53,095 nt of DNA, from assembly GCA_035511435.1 (NCBI GenBank), contig DATKFJ010000097.1, forward strand, positions 1 to 53,095, read 5' to 3'. The notes beneath the pieces were generated by a model. The model ran no database searches and had not been told where the DNA came from. It saw nothing but the letters and a program-made list of their open reading frames with translations. The stretch is from Acetobacteraceae bacterium (GTDB lineage: Bacteria > Pseudomonadota > Alphaproteobacteria > Acetobacterales > Acetobacteraceae). The translations under genes were made by a program, and so were the position numbers. This document shows, piece after piece, positions 11,077 to 20,340 of this stretch (position 1 is its first letter; the number at the start of each line of letters is the position of its first letter).

Positions 11077-11994
11077 GTGAATGTCGCAGAAGATCATGAA
11101 GGGAGCCCGAGAGTGGCCGCACTGGTTCGGGAAATACGTCCAGGTTTTGTCGCCGAGATCGCCAACATCGATCTCCGGCGACCGATTTCGCCAGACGACG
11201 TCACGCTTATCCAGGGTGCCGTCGACAATCATCCCGTCCTGGTATTCCACGGTTCGCCGATCAGCAACGAACAGCAGATTGCTTTCAGCCGCAATTTCGG
11301 GACGCTGTCACGCGCCACTGAATATCAAAAGGATCCGACGAAGCGCCGCCTGGGTGGCGAGATGACGGATGCGTCGAACCTCAGTGAGGACAGCCAGGTA
11401 CTTGGCGCCGGCGATCGCCGTCGGGTCAACAACCTGGGCAGCAGGCGCTGGCATACCGATGGATCCTACAAGCTTTACTCAGGCAAGTATTCGCTGCTGT
11501 CCTGCCATTCCGTGGTGACGGATGGCGGGCAGACCCAGCTGGCCGACATGCGTGCCGGCTACGACGCATTGCCGGAAAAGATGAAGCAGCTCGTGGCAGG
11601 ACTGGTGCTGGAACACAGCATCTTCCACTCGCGCGCCGTTGTCGGCTTCACCGGGTTCTCGGCCGAGGAGCAGGCCAGTCTGCCGTCAGCCCAACATCCG
11701 CTCGTGCGCGTGCACCCGGCATCCGGCCGCAAGTCGCTCTATCTGTCTTCGCACGCCTCGCATGTCGTCGGCTGGCCAATTCCGGAAGGGATCGACCTGC
11801 TGCTGGAGCTGACGGAATGGGCGACCCAACCCGCTGGTGTGTACACGCACCAATGGCAGTTGGGTGACATTGTGATGTGGGACAATCGTTTCACCATGCA
11901 TCGCGCGCGTCGGCATTACCCGGAAACCGCGGTGCGTGACATGCGCCGGACGACAATTGAAGAAGCCGTGCCACCGCTGGAACAGGCCGCATAG
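11077..11994 (+). CDS. TauD/TfdA-family Fe(II)/2-oxoglutarate dioxygenase
   Basis: Motifs WHTDGSY, LEHSIFHSR and WDNRFTMHRA. The GTG at 11077 may be an over-extension; a GTG at 11113 behind AAGGGAG is an alternative start. Confidence 0.88.
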   Translation: MNVAEDHEGSPRVAALVREIRPGFVAEIANIDLRRPISPDDVTLIQGAVDNHPVLVFHGSPISNEQQIAFSRNFGTLSRATEYQKDPTKRRLGGEMTDASNLSEDSQVLGAGDRRRVNNLGSRRWHTDGSYKLYSGKYSLLSCHSVVTDGGQTQLADMRAGYDALPEKMKQLVAGLVLEHSIFHSRAVVGFTGFSAEEQASLPSAQHPLVRVHPASGRKSLYLSSHASHVVGWPIPEGIDLLLELTEWATQPAGVYTHQWQLGDIVMWDNRFTMHRARRHYPETAVRDMRRTTIEEAVPPLEQAA

Positions 11995-12019
11995 GACAAC
12001 GCCTCGAGTGCCAACATCG

Positions 12020-13273
12020 TCACGCGATGGTTCTCGGTGAACTGGGGGCGCTGCTCGAAGCGGTCACGGGATCCACCTGCCCGAAGCTCCAATAGTAGAA
12101 CGCCAGATAGGCGCCCTGGAACGCCGCGCCGATAAGGAACGGCAGTGTGAGATCGCCGGCCGCGAACAGAAACCCGGTCAACACCGGACTGACCGATCGC
12201 GGCACCTGCATCGATACGTTTGCCATGCTGGCCGCGAACCCGCGTCGCTGCGGCCGCACGATGCTGATGCTCAACGCGCTGCGCGCACCCGTCGTGCCTC
12301 GGTTGAACATCGCGCGAAGGACATAAAGCGTAGCTGCCAGCCCGAAACTCGGCGCAAACGGCAGCGCGACAAGCAACACCAACCCCACCAACCGCATCGC
12401 AATCACCGAACGCACGATGCCAAACGACTTCGACAGCCATCCGGCCGCGATCGATGCCACTGCCGCCATCAGGAAGCCACCCGCCATCAACGGTCCGATC
12501 TCGGCCGGCCCTTCGCCAAAGCGCTCCGCGAACCAATAGGCGATCAGCGGCCCGGTCGCACCGACGCCCGCCCCGTTCATCAGGTTGGCGATCATCAGGC
12601 GCAGCACCATGCGGTTTTCCTGCCGCACGACTCCCTCCGACGCCGGCTCCGCCACCGCGGCGCCATGCGCCCGAACCGCCTCGCTGTCCGGTGTCCGCAG
12701 GATCAGCGCGCAGCATAACAACGACCCGACGGCGGTCAGAAGGAACAACGGCCGATACGCAACAGCCCCCGGCAGCACGATTTGCAGGCGAGCCGGCAAC
12801 GCCGCGATCAGCGCCCCAGCCGCATTGCCCAGAAAGCCCAGCGCCGCGTTCAAACTGTAAACCGGCCCGCGGCGCAGCGGGCTGACCGACTGCGCCAGCC
12901 ACGCCTGCTCCACCGGGGAGAACGGACCGGCAGCGCCATTCCCGCCTCGGCCAAAGCCGCCCACCATTGCCGCGGCGTAAAGGATCGCAGGCTGCGCCGA
13001 CAGCAGCGCCGACAGGCCGGCAACACATTGCGCGGCTTCGTAGGCAAATAGGAATCTCCGACGCCCGCCGCGGTCGCTCAGCGGGCCCGCGAACAGCGTC
13101 AGGACAACGCCCATCAGCAGCGCGACGCTCAGCACGACGCTGATCGACACGGCCGACCAATTCAACGCCCGCAGATACAGGCTGAAATCCACCGCGAGCG
13201 CACCCTGGCCGATGCTGCGGATGAAGCGCGTCGTGAGCAGCAGCCGAGTAGTGCGGGCACGGTCGTCAGGCAT
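12020..13273 (-). CDS. MFS transporter
   Basis: About 12 hydrophobic segments with the MFS loop motif GPLSDRGGRRR. Start refined to MPDDRARTTRLL... (ATG at 13273). Confidence 0.85.
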   Translation of the reverse strand: MPDDRARTTRLLLTTRFIRSIGQGALAVDFSLYLRALNWSAVSISVVLSVALLMGVVLTLFAGPLSDRGGRRRFLFAYEAAQCVAGLSALLSAQPAILYAAAMVGGFGRGGNGAAGPFSPVEQAWLAQSVSPLRRGPVYSLNAALGFLGNAAGALIAALPARLQIVLPGAVAYRPLFLLTAVGSLLCCALILRTPDSEAVRAHGAAVAEPASEGVVRQENRMVLRLMIANLMNGAGVGATGPLIAYWFAERFGEGPAEIGPLMAGGFLMAAVASIAAGWLSKSFGIVRSVIAMRLVGLVLLVALPFAPSFGLAATLYVLRAMFNRGTTGARSALSISIVRPQRRGFAASMANVSMQVPRSVSPVLTGFLFAAGDLTLPFLIGAAFQGAYLAFYYWSFGQVDPVTASSSAPSSPRTIA

Positions 13274-13376
13274 GCCCCTGTCTTTGGCCGATGTCGCCGG
13301 ATGGCACAACCGCCGGTGCCGAGCGCACGGGACGCGCCAGCCATGCCGCCAACGTTGACGCCGCGCACCCTTTGGA

Positions 13377-14603
13377 TTGCAACAGCTTCACCCAAAGGAA
13401 GCCCGCCCGTTGACCCGCATGCTGATCGCCGTCGTGGCGATGTTCCTGCAACAAACCTGCGGCTCGGTCGGCCGGGTACTGCCCGCGGTGCTCGCCCCGC
13501 TGATCATTCTCGAACTGCACGCCGATCCGTCGTGGGTTGGCGTCTATTTCGGTCTGGTGGCCATCGCCGCGCTGGTCGGCCAACTCGGATCGGGCGGCTT
13601 CATCATCCGCCACGGCGCCATCCGCATGAGCCAGATCGCGCTGTTGTCCACCGGCGCGGGGATGGCGGTCGCGGTCATCGGCGGCGCGACGGGTTTCGTG
13701 CTATCGGCGCTGATCGGCAACGGCATCGCGGCCGTCGCAACGCCTGCCAGTTCCCAACTTCTCGGCCGATGGGCAATCAGGCGATACGCACCCTTCGCAT
13801 TCTCTGTCACGCAGACCGCGATCCCGGCTGGCATCCTTCTCGGTGGCTCACTCGGCCCGACGCTGGCCCAGTCACTCGGATGGCGCGGCACCATGCTGGT
13901 CAGCGCCGGCGGCTGCTGGTTCTTCGCCATTCTGCTGCAATCATTGCACGGACGACTCGACACCGATGCATCGCCGGCCCATGCGATCCACCTGTCGGAT
14001 TTCCGCACGACAATCACCGGCGTCCTTGCTGTGCGGGAACTGCGCGCGCTGTCCTTCGCCTGTTTCGCATTCAATGGCCTTCAGGCGGTCTTCATCGCCT
14101 ATCTCGTGACGTATCTCGTGGCACTCGGCTACGATCTGGTGGCGGCGGGCGCGTTGTTCTCCATGGTCATCGCCATCGCCATCCCGTGCCGCATCCTGTG
14201 GGGCTGGGTTGGCAGCTTCTACGTCGCTCCGCAGCGCGTGATGTCCGCGCTCGCGTTCGGCATGGCGGCGAGCGTTGTGCTGCTCGGGGCCGTTACCCCG
14301 GCGTGGTCAAGCCTTGCGATCGGCTTGGTCACCGGTGCGCTAAGCGCCACCGCGATGTCCTGGCACGGCATTCTGTTGTCCGAGGCCGCTCGGCTTGCGC
14401 CCACCGGCCGAGCGGGCGCAGTGACCGGCGGCGTGCTGTCGTTCGGCCAGATGGGCGCGTTCTTGTGTCCGTCGGTCTTTTCGCTGTTGCTGCGCATGAC
14501 CGGCGGCTACGCGGCCGGTTGGGCGGTCTGCGCCATTCCAGCGATACTGGTGGGGATGGATTTGTTACGTCAAACGAAGAGGGACGCGCCGATATCGAAA
14601 TGA
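13377..14603 (+). CDS. MFS transporter
   Basis: 408-aa polytopic ORF divergent from the previous MFS gene. The start is uncertain: TTG 13377, TTG 13410 behind AAAGGAAG, or ATG 13419. Confidence 0.85.
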   Translation: MQQLHPKEARPLTRMLIAVVAMFLQQTCGSVGRVLPAVLAPLIILELHADPSWVGVYFGLVAIAALVGQLGSGGFIIRHGAIRMSQIALLSTGAGMAVAVIGGATGFVLSALIGNGIAAVATPASSQLLGRWAIRRYAPFAFSVTQTAIPAGILLGGSLGPTLAQSLGWRGTMLVSAGGCWFFAILLQSLHGRLDTDASPAHAIHLSDFRTTITGVLAVRELRALSFACFAFNGLQAVFIAYLVTYLVALGYDLVAAGALFSMVIAIAIPCRILWGWVGSFYVAPQRVMSALAFGMAASVVLLGAVTPAWSSLAIGLVTGALSATAMSWHGILLSEAARLAPTGRAGAVTGGVLSFGQMGAFLCPSVFSLLLRMTGGYAAGWAVCAIPAILVGMDLLRQTKRDAPISK

Positions 14604-15222
14604 AGCACTAACCGGCCACCGATAATGCATGGAGCCAGATCGCGGAGCGCACCGCGATAATTGATCCCTGGAATGCGGACGAAGTCACCGAGCAAGTTGA
14701 GTGATTCCGAGAGCGATGCGCACGATCTTGCCCGTTCAGTTCTGGCCGAAGTCCCAGCGGGGAGGTCCAGAGCATGAACACCACAGCACCGCCCGTCGCA
14801 GACCGTCCATGGTCGGTCGCTGACATAACCCCGCTGCGAAGCAAGCGATGCTGGAGATCGCTAAGCGGTACGACCTATTGGCGGCGTACGCCGAAAGTTA
14901 GGCGAAGGCCGATCAGCTACAAGGTGACGTACAAGGCTGACGGTATTCGCCACCACGGATAAAGCGGCGTGATGCGCTGGCCGCCTAAGTAGATTCCGAT
15001 TCTATCGCTGCCGTTCCGACACGGGCATGCTTCCGCCGTGAACTACCCCTATTACTAGGGCGTGTGCCGCTCCCCGGTGCGCGCCCTTCTTTTGTCCCCC
15101 AGCGCCAAAGTTGCCTGATCTGCCGTATCCCGGATCTGGACAGGCGCGCCCTGTAGCGAGGCTGTAACCGCCGACGTGTTTTCTGATCCTCGCGCCGCCG
15201 ATAAGGCGTAACCTGTCTACCT

Positions 15223-15261
15223 GGCCGCCCCGGCCTCCCCGCCGGGGCGGCCTTCTTCGTT
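15223..15261 (+). terminator. strong intrinsic-terminator-like hairpin with no intact upstream gene
   Basis: ggccgccccggc-ctcccc-gccggggcggcc forms a 12-bp perfect GC stem and is followed by ttcttcgtt. On the minus strand no T run follows it. Confidence 0.55.
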
Positions 15262-15458
15262 GCGGGCCGTGGCGCCCCATCCGGGGCCCGTAGAGGAGAA
15301 AGCCGGCCCGAAACCTTGGGCATAAAGTAAAAAATCAGCGGCTGGGGGCCAGGAACGGCCCTTTTGTTGCATCTGGCGGCGCGTTTTTTGAAATAAGCGC
15401 GGCAGGCGTAGCCGTGTCCCCAGGCCAGGGCACAACGCATGCCGTGTGGAAATGCGGG

Positions 15459-15725
15459 CTAACCTGCCGGCGGCCTTACCAGCACCTTTGCTTTGTTATT
15501 CGCTATGGCGAAACAAACCCGCCGCAGGGCCCGAAATTCGACTGCATCGATGCCTCGAAGCCAAATGAGCGCCCGCTCGTTGCAGCCAGCAACCCCACAG
15601 ACCACGGCTGAATCTGGGTATCCAACCGGCTCTGCTGAGATTCGAAATGCCCCTGCTCTATGCGGCGAGGCGGCAAGACAATCAGGGCAACGCACGATAA
15701 CCATTCCGGGCGACAAACCGCGCAC
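15459..15725 (-). CDS. hypothetical Zn-ribbon-like protein (88 aa or shorter)
   Basis: ...MVIVRCPDCLAASPHRAGAFRISAEPVGYPDSAVVCGVAGCNERALIWLRGIDAVEFRAL... contains CxxC ... CxxxC spacing. It lies in the decayed patch. No SD checked and no family recognised. Confidence 0.35.
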   Translation of the reverse strand: MRGLSPGMVIVRCPDCLAASPHRAGAFRISAEPVGYPDSAVVCGVAGCNERALIWLRGIDAVEFRALRRVCFAIANNKAKVLVRPPAG

Positions 15726-15844
15726 GGTTTCTTCTGCTTGACCATAGCTCTGCGGGTGACAATTGAGTAATTAGGACTCGGGTGCAGCTCTGGTGAGCGT
15801 GTGGGCGCGGGTCGTGTCCCGGTTGGTGGTGTAGGAGCTGTGGG

Positions 15845-15897
15845 TAAGTAGCCCGCCGTAGCGACCGCCAAGAGTCACGGCGGAGGCGGGCTACTTA
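15845..15897. repeat. 53-nt nested perfect hairpin at the left edge of the IS element
   Basis: Outer arms are TAAGTAGCCCGCC (15845-15857) and GGCGGGCTACTTA (15885-15897). Inner arms are CCGCC (15865-15869) and GGCGG (15879-15883). Confidence 0.6.
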
Positions 15898-17260
15898 TCC
15901 ACAGCGGCGGTCACCGCGGTGCTCTTGGGTAGAGTTGGGTTGCGAGACGCAACTCTCACCATGGAGATCACCACGATGACCGACGACAAGATCGCCCTTC
16001 GCGAGCTTCTGGAGAAGGGTTCTGACGCGACGTTGCTGCGCGAGATGATCGGCTTTGCTGCGCAGCGGCTGATGGAGTTGGAGACCGAGACGCTGTGCGG
16101 TGCCGGACACGGCGAACGCAGCGAGGGTCGGACCAATCAACGCAACGGCTACCGCGATCGCGACTGGCAGACGCGGGCCGGCAGCGTCGAGCTGCGGATT
16201 CCGAAGTTGCGCAAAGGCAGTTACTTCCCAGGCTTTCTGTAGCCGCGGCGGACCGCTGAGAAGGCGCTGACCGCGGTGATCCAAGAGGCCTATGTGCAAG
16301 GCGTCTCTACCCGTTCGGTGGACGAGCTGGTGAAAGCCATGGGCATGGAAGGGATCAGCAAGTCGCAGGTCTCACGGCTGTGCGGTGAGATCGACGAACG
16401 GGTGAACACCTTTCTGCGCCGCCCGATCGAGGGCGAGTGGCCGTATCTGTGCTGGATGCGACCTACGTGAAAGTCCGGCGCGACCATCACATTGTCTCGG
16501 TCGCGGTGATTATCGCTGTCGCCGTCAACACCGATGGCCGGCGAGAAGTACTCGGCATGACCATCGGCAACAGCGAGGCCGAGCCATTCCGGGCCGAATT
16601 CCTGCGCTCGCTCGCGCGCCGCGGTCTGCGTGGCGTCAAGCTGGTCATCTCCGATGCACACGACGGACTGAAGACCGCCATTACCAAGGTGCTGGGTGCT
16701 ACCTGGCAGAGGTGCCGGGTCCACTTCATGCGCAACGCCATGGCCTATGCCGGCAAGACACAGCGCCGCATCGTCGCCGCGTGGATCGGCACTGCCTTTG
16801 CCCAGGACGATGCCGAGGCCGCACGCAAACAGTGGCGCCAGGTCGCCGATCAGGCCAGGCCGCGGGTCAGCAAGCTTGCCGCCTTGATGGATGAGGCCGA
16901 GACCGACGTGCTGGCCTACATGGGCTTCCCGGCTCAGCATCGTGCCAAGATCCACAGCACCAATCCCCTCGAACGCCTCAACAGCGAGATCAAGCGGCGC
17001 AGCGAGGTTGTCGGTATCTTCCCCAATGAAGACGCCGTCATCAGACTGATCGGTGCGCTGCTGCTCGAACAGAACGATGAATGGGCCGTTCAACGCGCCC
17101 GATATATGACACTGGAAACCATCGCCCCGCTGAGCGATGATCCTCTCGTCAGCCTGCCAGCCATGGCCGTCTGACAGGGCAGCCAACGCTGCTCAGGAGC
17201 GCAGTTCCTACACCACGTCGTGGGACACGATCGTGGCGGCGTGGTGTTATCCATCCACCG
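15898..17260 (+). mobile_element. IS256-family insertion sequence, inactivated (ends approximate)
   Basis: It carries a mutator/IS256-type transposase reading frame (see pseudogene). I could not identify convincing terminal inverted repeats or target duplications by eye, so the boundaries are plus or minus 50 nt. Confidence 0.75.
15961..17174 (+). pseudogene. IS256-family transposase, disrupted by one nonsense codon and one 1-nt deletion
   Basis: Three consecutive track ORFs join into one IS256-type transposase ([36 protein letters not shown]..., [43 protein letters not shown]). An in-frame TAG at 16240-16242 sits where relatives have Glu (FPGFL*PRR). The frame then drops by one at about 16451 (tgg ccg tat ctg tg-ctg gat gcg, expected WPYLWLDATY). 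Confidence 0.88.
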
Positions 17261-17422
17261 CCAGCGGCTACCCCGAACGCCGCTATCTTGGCGCTCGTTC
17301 TGGCGAATGCTCCAACGACGTTTTCTGCAGAACGCTCGCGGACACTGTGCGGACGCTTTTCGGGGTATTGTCCGTTCGTTCCGCCGATATTCCTTTATTT
17401 CTTTGTTATTTCAGTATTTTAG

Positions 17423-17499
17423 TGGCGCGCCCTACTGGACTCGAACCAGTGACCCACAGCTTAGAAGGCTGTTGCTCTATCCAACTGAGCTAAGGGCGC
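17423..17499 (-). tRNA. tRNA-Arg (anticodon UCU), CCA encoded
   Basis: The reverse complement folds as GCGCCCT/AGGGCGC acceptor, GCTC/GAGC D stem, ACAGC-CTTCTAA-GCTGT anticodon arm (TCT), ACTGG-TTCGAGT-CCAGT T arm, then G-CCA. Length 77 nt. Confidence 0.95.
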
Positions 17500-17947
17500 T
17501 TCGCACCTTAATACTGTTGACCGCCCCAGATGTCATCGCGAACGCACCGCCTCACCCCCCGTCGCAACCGCCGACCGAATATCGGTTTCGGCAAAATCGC
17601 TGCCTTCGAGCACCAGCAGGCTCGGCTGTTTCGCCAGCGCCGAGAAAAGCAGGTCTCAGTAATCCGACGTCGCCGGATGGCCGCTGACCTTGCCAAGGCC
17701 ACAACCGTGCTGAACGCGGCCGCCAGATCGGCCCGCCCCCGGGGGAAACTATCTCGAATACCGGCAACCGGAGCATATCCTACGCCAGCCCCACCGCCCG
17801 CGGCCCTCGGCGGCCATGGATCACCATCTTCTCCAGCACTAACGCGGCGCCAATCGATGGCTCTCCGACCACATGATCGCCTCCCGGAACACCGACCGCC
17901 CCAGGATCAACACATTAGGCAGAGCTGGAATGCCATCGAACTCGCAT

Positions 17948-19930
17948 TCAAACATCCACCTCCTCAACCGTCTTCGCCCGCTCCTGAATGAACGCGAACC
18001 GCAGCTCCGGGCGTCGCCCCATCAAACTCTCCACCAATTCAGCGGTTGCCGCCCGCTCTTCCGGCGCCGCCACCACCTTCAGCAGCGTCCGCTTCGCCGG
18101 ATCCATGGTGGTCTCCTTCAGCTGCGACGGCGGCATTTCGCCCAGCCCCTTGAACCGGCTGACCTCCACCTTCGCCCCCGCCTTGAATTCGCGACGCGTC
18201 TTCACCTCGCGATCGGCATCATCCATCGCGTAAACCGACTTTGCGCCTTGCGTCAGCCGGTACAGCGGCGGCTGAGCCAGATAGATGTGCCCATACCGTA
18301 CCAGTTCCGGCAGCTCCCGATAGAAGAACGTCATCAGCAGCGAGGCGATGTGCGCCCCATCCACATCCGCATCCGTCATGATGATCACCCGCCCATAGCG
18401 CAGTTTGGCGCGATCGAACCGATCACCGACCCCGCACCCCAACGCCTCGATCAGGTCTTTCAGCTCCTGGTTCTGCCGCAGCTTATCGGCCGACGCACTC
18501 GCCACATTCAGTATCTTGCCCCGCAGCGGCAGCACCGCCTGCGTCTCTCGATTTCGCGCCTGCTTCGCCGATCCTCCCGCGGAATCGCCCTCCACCAGGA
18601 AGATCTCCGTCTCTGCTGCATTCTCGCGAGTGCAATCGGTCAGCTTGCCAGGCAAACGCAACCGCCGCGTGGCAGACTTCCGAGCGGTGTCCTTCACCTC
18701 CCGCCGTCGCAGCCGCTCTTCCGCCCGCTCGATGACGAAGGCCAGCAGATTGTCCGCCTGGGTAGGATCGCCAGCCAGCCAGTGATCAAACCGGTCGCGC
18801 AGCGCCGTCTCAACCAGGCGCGTCGCCTCCGTACTCGTCAGCTTCTCCTTGGTCTGGCCCTGGAACTGCGGCTCGCGCAGGAACACCGACAATTTTGCCG
18901 CGATCGGATCGAGCAGATCGTCCGGCACCATCTGCCCCGCGCGGCGGTTACCCCGATGCTCGCCCCACGCCCGCAGGCCTTTCATCAGCGCGGCGCGAAA
19001 CCCCGCCTCATGCGTGCCGCCCTGCGTGGTAGGGATGGTGTTGCAATACGAGTGAACGAACCCCTCGCCTTCCTCGACCCAGGACACCGCCCATTCCAGG
19101 CGGCCGGCGGCCTGGCCGTCCGCTCCCGCAGGCAGATCCGCCTCCCCTGCCCAAGGCTGCGGCAGTACCAGCGCGCGCTCACCGATATCCGCCTGCAGGC
19201 TGTCGCGCAGCCCACCCGGAAAATGCAGCACCGCCTCCGCCGGCGTCTCGTCCTTGGCGCCCCGAACCAGCGACGGATCGCACGCCCAGCGGATTTCCAC
19301 GCCGCGAAACAGGTACGCCTTCGATCGGCACAAGCGATACAGCCGCGCCGGATTGAACCCGACCGCGCCGAACACCTTCGGATCCGGCTGAAAACGCACC
19401 GAGGTGCCCCGGCGATTATGCACCGGCCCGCCGTTGATCAACTTCGTCGTCGGCTTGCCGCGTGCGTAACTCTGCTTCCACAGGACTCGGTCCCGCGCCA
19501 CCTCCACCTGCATCACGGCGGACAGCGCATTCACCACCGAACTGCCCACGCCGTGCAGCCCACCCGACGTCGCGTAGACCTTGCCGCCGAACTTTCCGCC
19601 CGAATGCAACGTCGTCAGAATCACTTCCAACGCACTGAGATTCTTGAATTTCGGATGAGGGTCCACCGGTATGCCACGACCATTGTCGCGCACCGTCAGC
19701 CAGTTCTCCGGTTCCAGCGTCACCTCGATGAAGCTGGCATGCCCCGCCACTGCCTCGTCCATCGCATTGTCGACCATCTCGGCCGCCAGATGGTGCAGCG
19801 CTGTTTCATCGGTGCCGCCGATGTACATGCCAGGCCGGCGGCGAACCGGTTCCAGGCCTTCCAGAACCTCGATGTCCTTGGCGGAATAACCGTCCGACCC
19901 CTTCTGGTTGCCACTGAACAGATCGTTCAT
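17948..19930 (-). CDS. parE: DNA topoisomerase IV subunit B (ParE)
   Basis: Start refined to MNDLFSGNQ... (ATG at 19930). Motifs: YSAKDIEVLEGLEPVRRRPGMYIGGTDE, DNGRGIPVD, GGLHGVGSSVVNALS, the Toprim EIFLVEGDSAGGSAKQARNR, and IIMTDADVDGAHI. Confidence 0.93.
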   Translation of the reverse strand: MNDLFSGNQKGSDGYSAKDIEVLEGLEPVRRRPGMYIGGTDETALHHLAAEMVDNAMDEAVAGHASFIEVTLEPENWLTVRDNGRGIPVDPHPKFKNLSALEVILTTLHSGGKFGGKVYATSGGLHGVGSSVVNALSAVMQVEVARDRVLWKQSYARGKPTTKLINGGPVHNRRGTSVRFQPDPKVFGAVGFNPARLYRLCRSKAYLFRGVEIRWACDPSLVRGAKDETPAEAVLHFPGGLRDSLQADIGERALVLPQPWAGEADLPAGADGQAAGRLEWAVSWVEEGEGFVHSYCNTIPTTQGGTHEAGFRAALMKGLRAWGEHRGNRRAGQMVPDDLLDPIAAKLSVFLREPQFQGQTKEKLTSTEATRLVETALRDRFDHWLAGDPTQADNLLAFVIERAEERLRRREVKDTARKSATRRLRLPGKLTDCTRENAAETEIFLVEGDSAGGSAKQARNRETQAVLPLRGKILNVASASADKLRQNQELKDLIEALGCGVGDRFDRAKLRYGRVIIMTDADVDGAHIASLLMTFFYRELPELVRYGHIYLAQPPLYRLTQGAKSVYAMDDADREVKTRREFKAGAKVEVSRFKGLGEMPPSQLKETTMDPAKRTLLKVVAAPEERAATAELVESLMGRRPELRFAFIQERAKTVEEVDV

Positions 19931-20340
19931 GCTGTGTTCTCTGATGTCCGGCCGCACCCTACCCGTCCTGCAGGAGTCAGGGCAACCAGTCTGCACTGGC
20001 GGGCCGTACACAATCGCCGATGGCACCGATGCGTCGCGTGGTCGCGCTTTCACGCCGATCCGCACGCCGTCAAAGCAGGTGATATGAACGCTTTGCCGTG
20101 TCGCCTGGCAAACGCATGCGGGCGCGACGGAACTGCCGGCCTAGGCTCATTCGGCGAATGCGATCTCGTGCGGGAAGCCTCGCCGCGGGTCGTGCGTGTG
20201 GCCGCACTCAGCCCCTGTTCTTGGCGCCATTCCGGCAACGATCCCTGTGGCGCAGGCTTGCTAAACTGTGATCTGGTCCACATTATTCGCCAGATTTTCC
20301 GGCAACTATTGCGCACTGAGAAACGATCGGGGGCGGTACA

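Noticed and set aside
14848-14901. 18-codon ORF MLEIAKRYDLLAAYAES* resembling the C-terminal tail of small rhizobial helical proteins
   Set aside because: It is far too short, is closed by a TGA 9 codons upstream of the ATG, and has no SD. It is mentioned only as possible debris within the tRNA-linked scar.
15077-15090. Candidate att-type direct repeat of the tRNA-Arg 3' end (ggtgcgcgcccttct versus gtggcgcgccctact at 17422-17436)
   Set aside because: Only about 12 of 15 nt match, with one indel, the match does not extend into the T arm, and GC-rich 9-mers like gcgcgccct are expected by chance in 53 kb. This is not enough to define island boundaries.
15262-15330. Possible RNase P RNA, tmRNA, SRP RNA or 6S RNA in the hairpin-rich patch
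   Set aside because: GAGGAGAAAGCCGGCCC superficially resembles the RNase P P4 strand GAGGAAAGUCCGGGC, but the complementary P4 strand and other universal blocks are absent. There is no alphaproteobacterial tag-peptide reading frame (ANDN...) for tmRNA and no SRP GGAA/AGCA domain IV motif.
17533-17655. Minus-strand fragment ...LLFSALAKQPSLLVLEGSDFAETD... reminiscent of an ABC ATPase signature/Walker B region
   Set aside because: It is about 40 codons long with no start codon, the Walker B Asp-Glu is not preserved (LLVLEGS), and no Walker A lies upstream. It cannot be distinguished from chance. The 448-nt tRNA-parE spacer is left unannotated.
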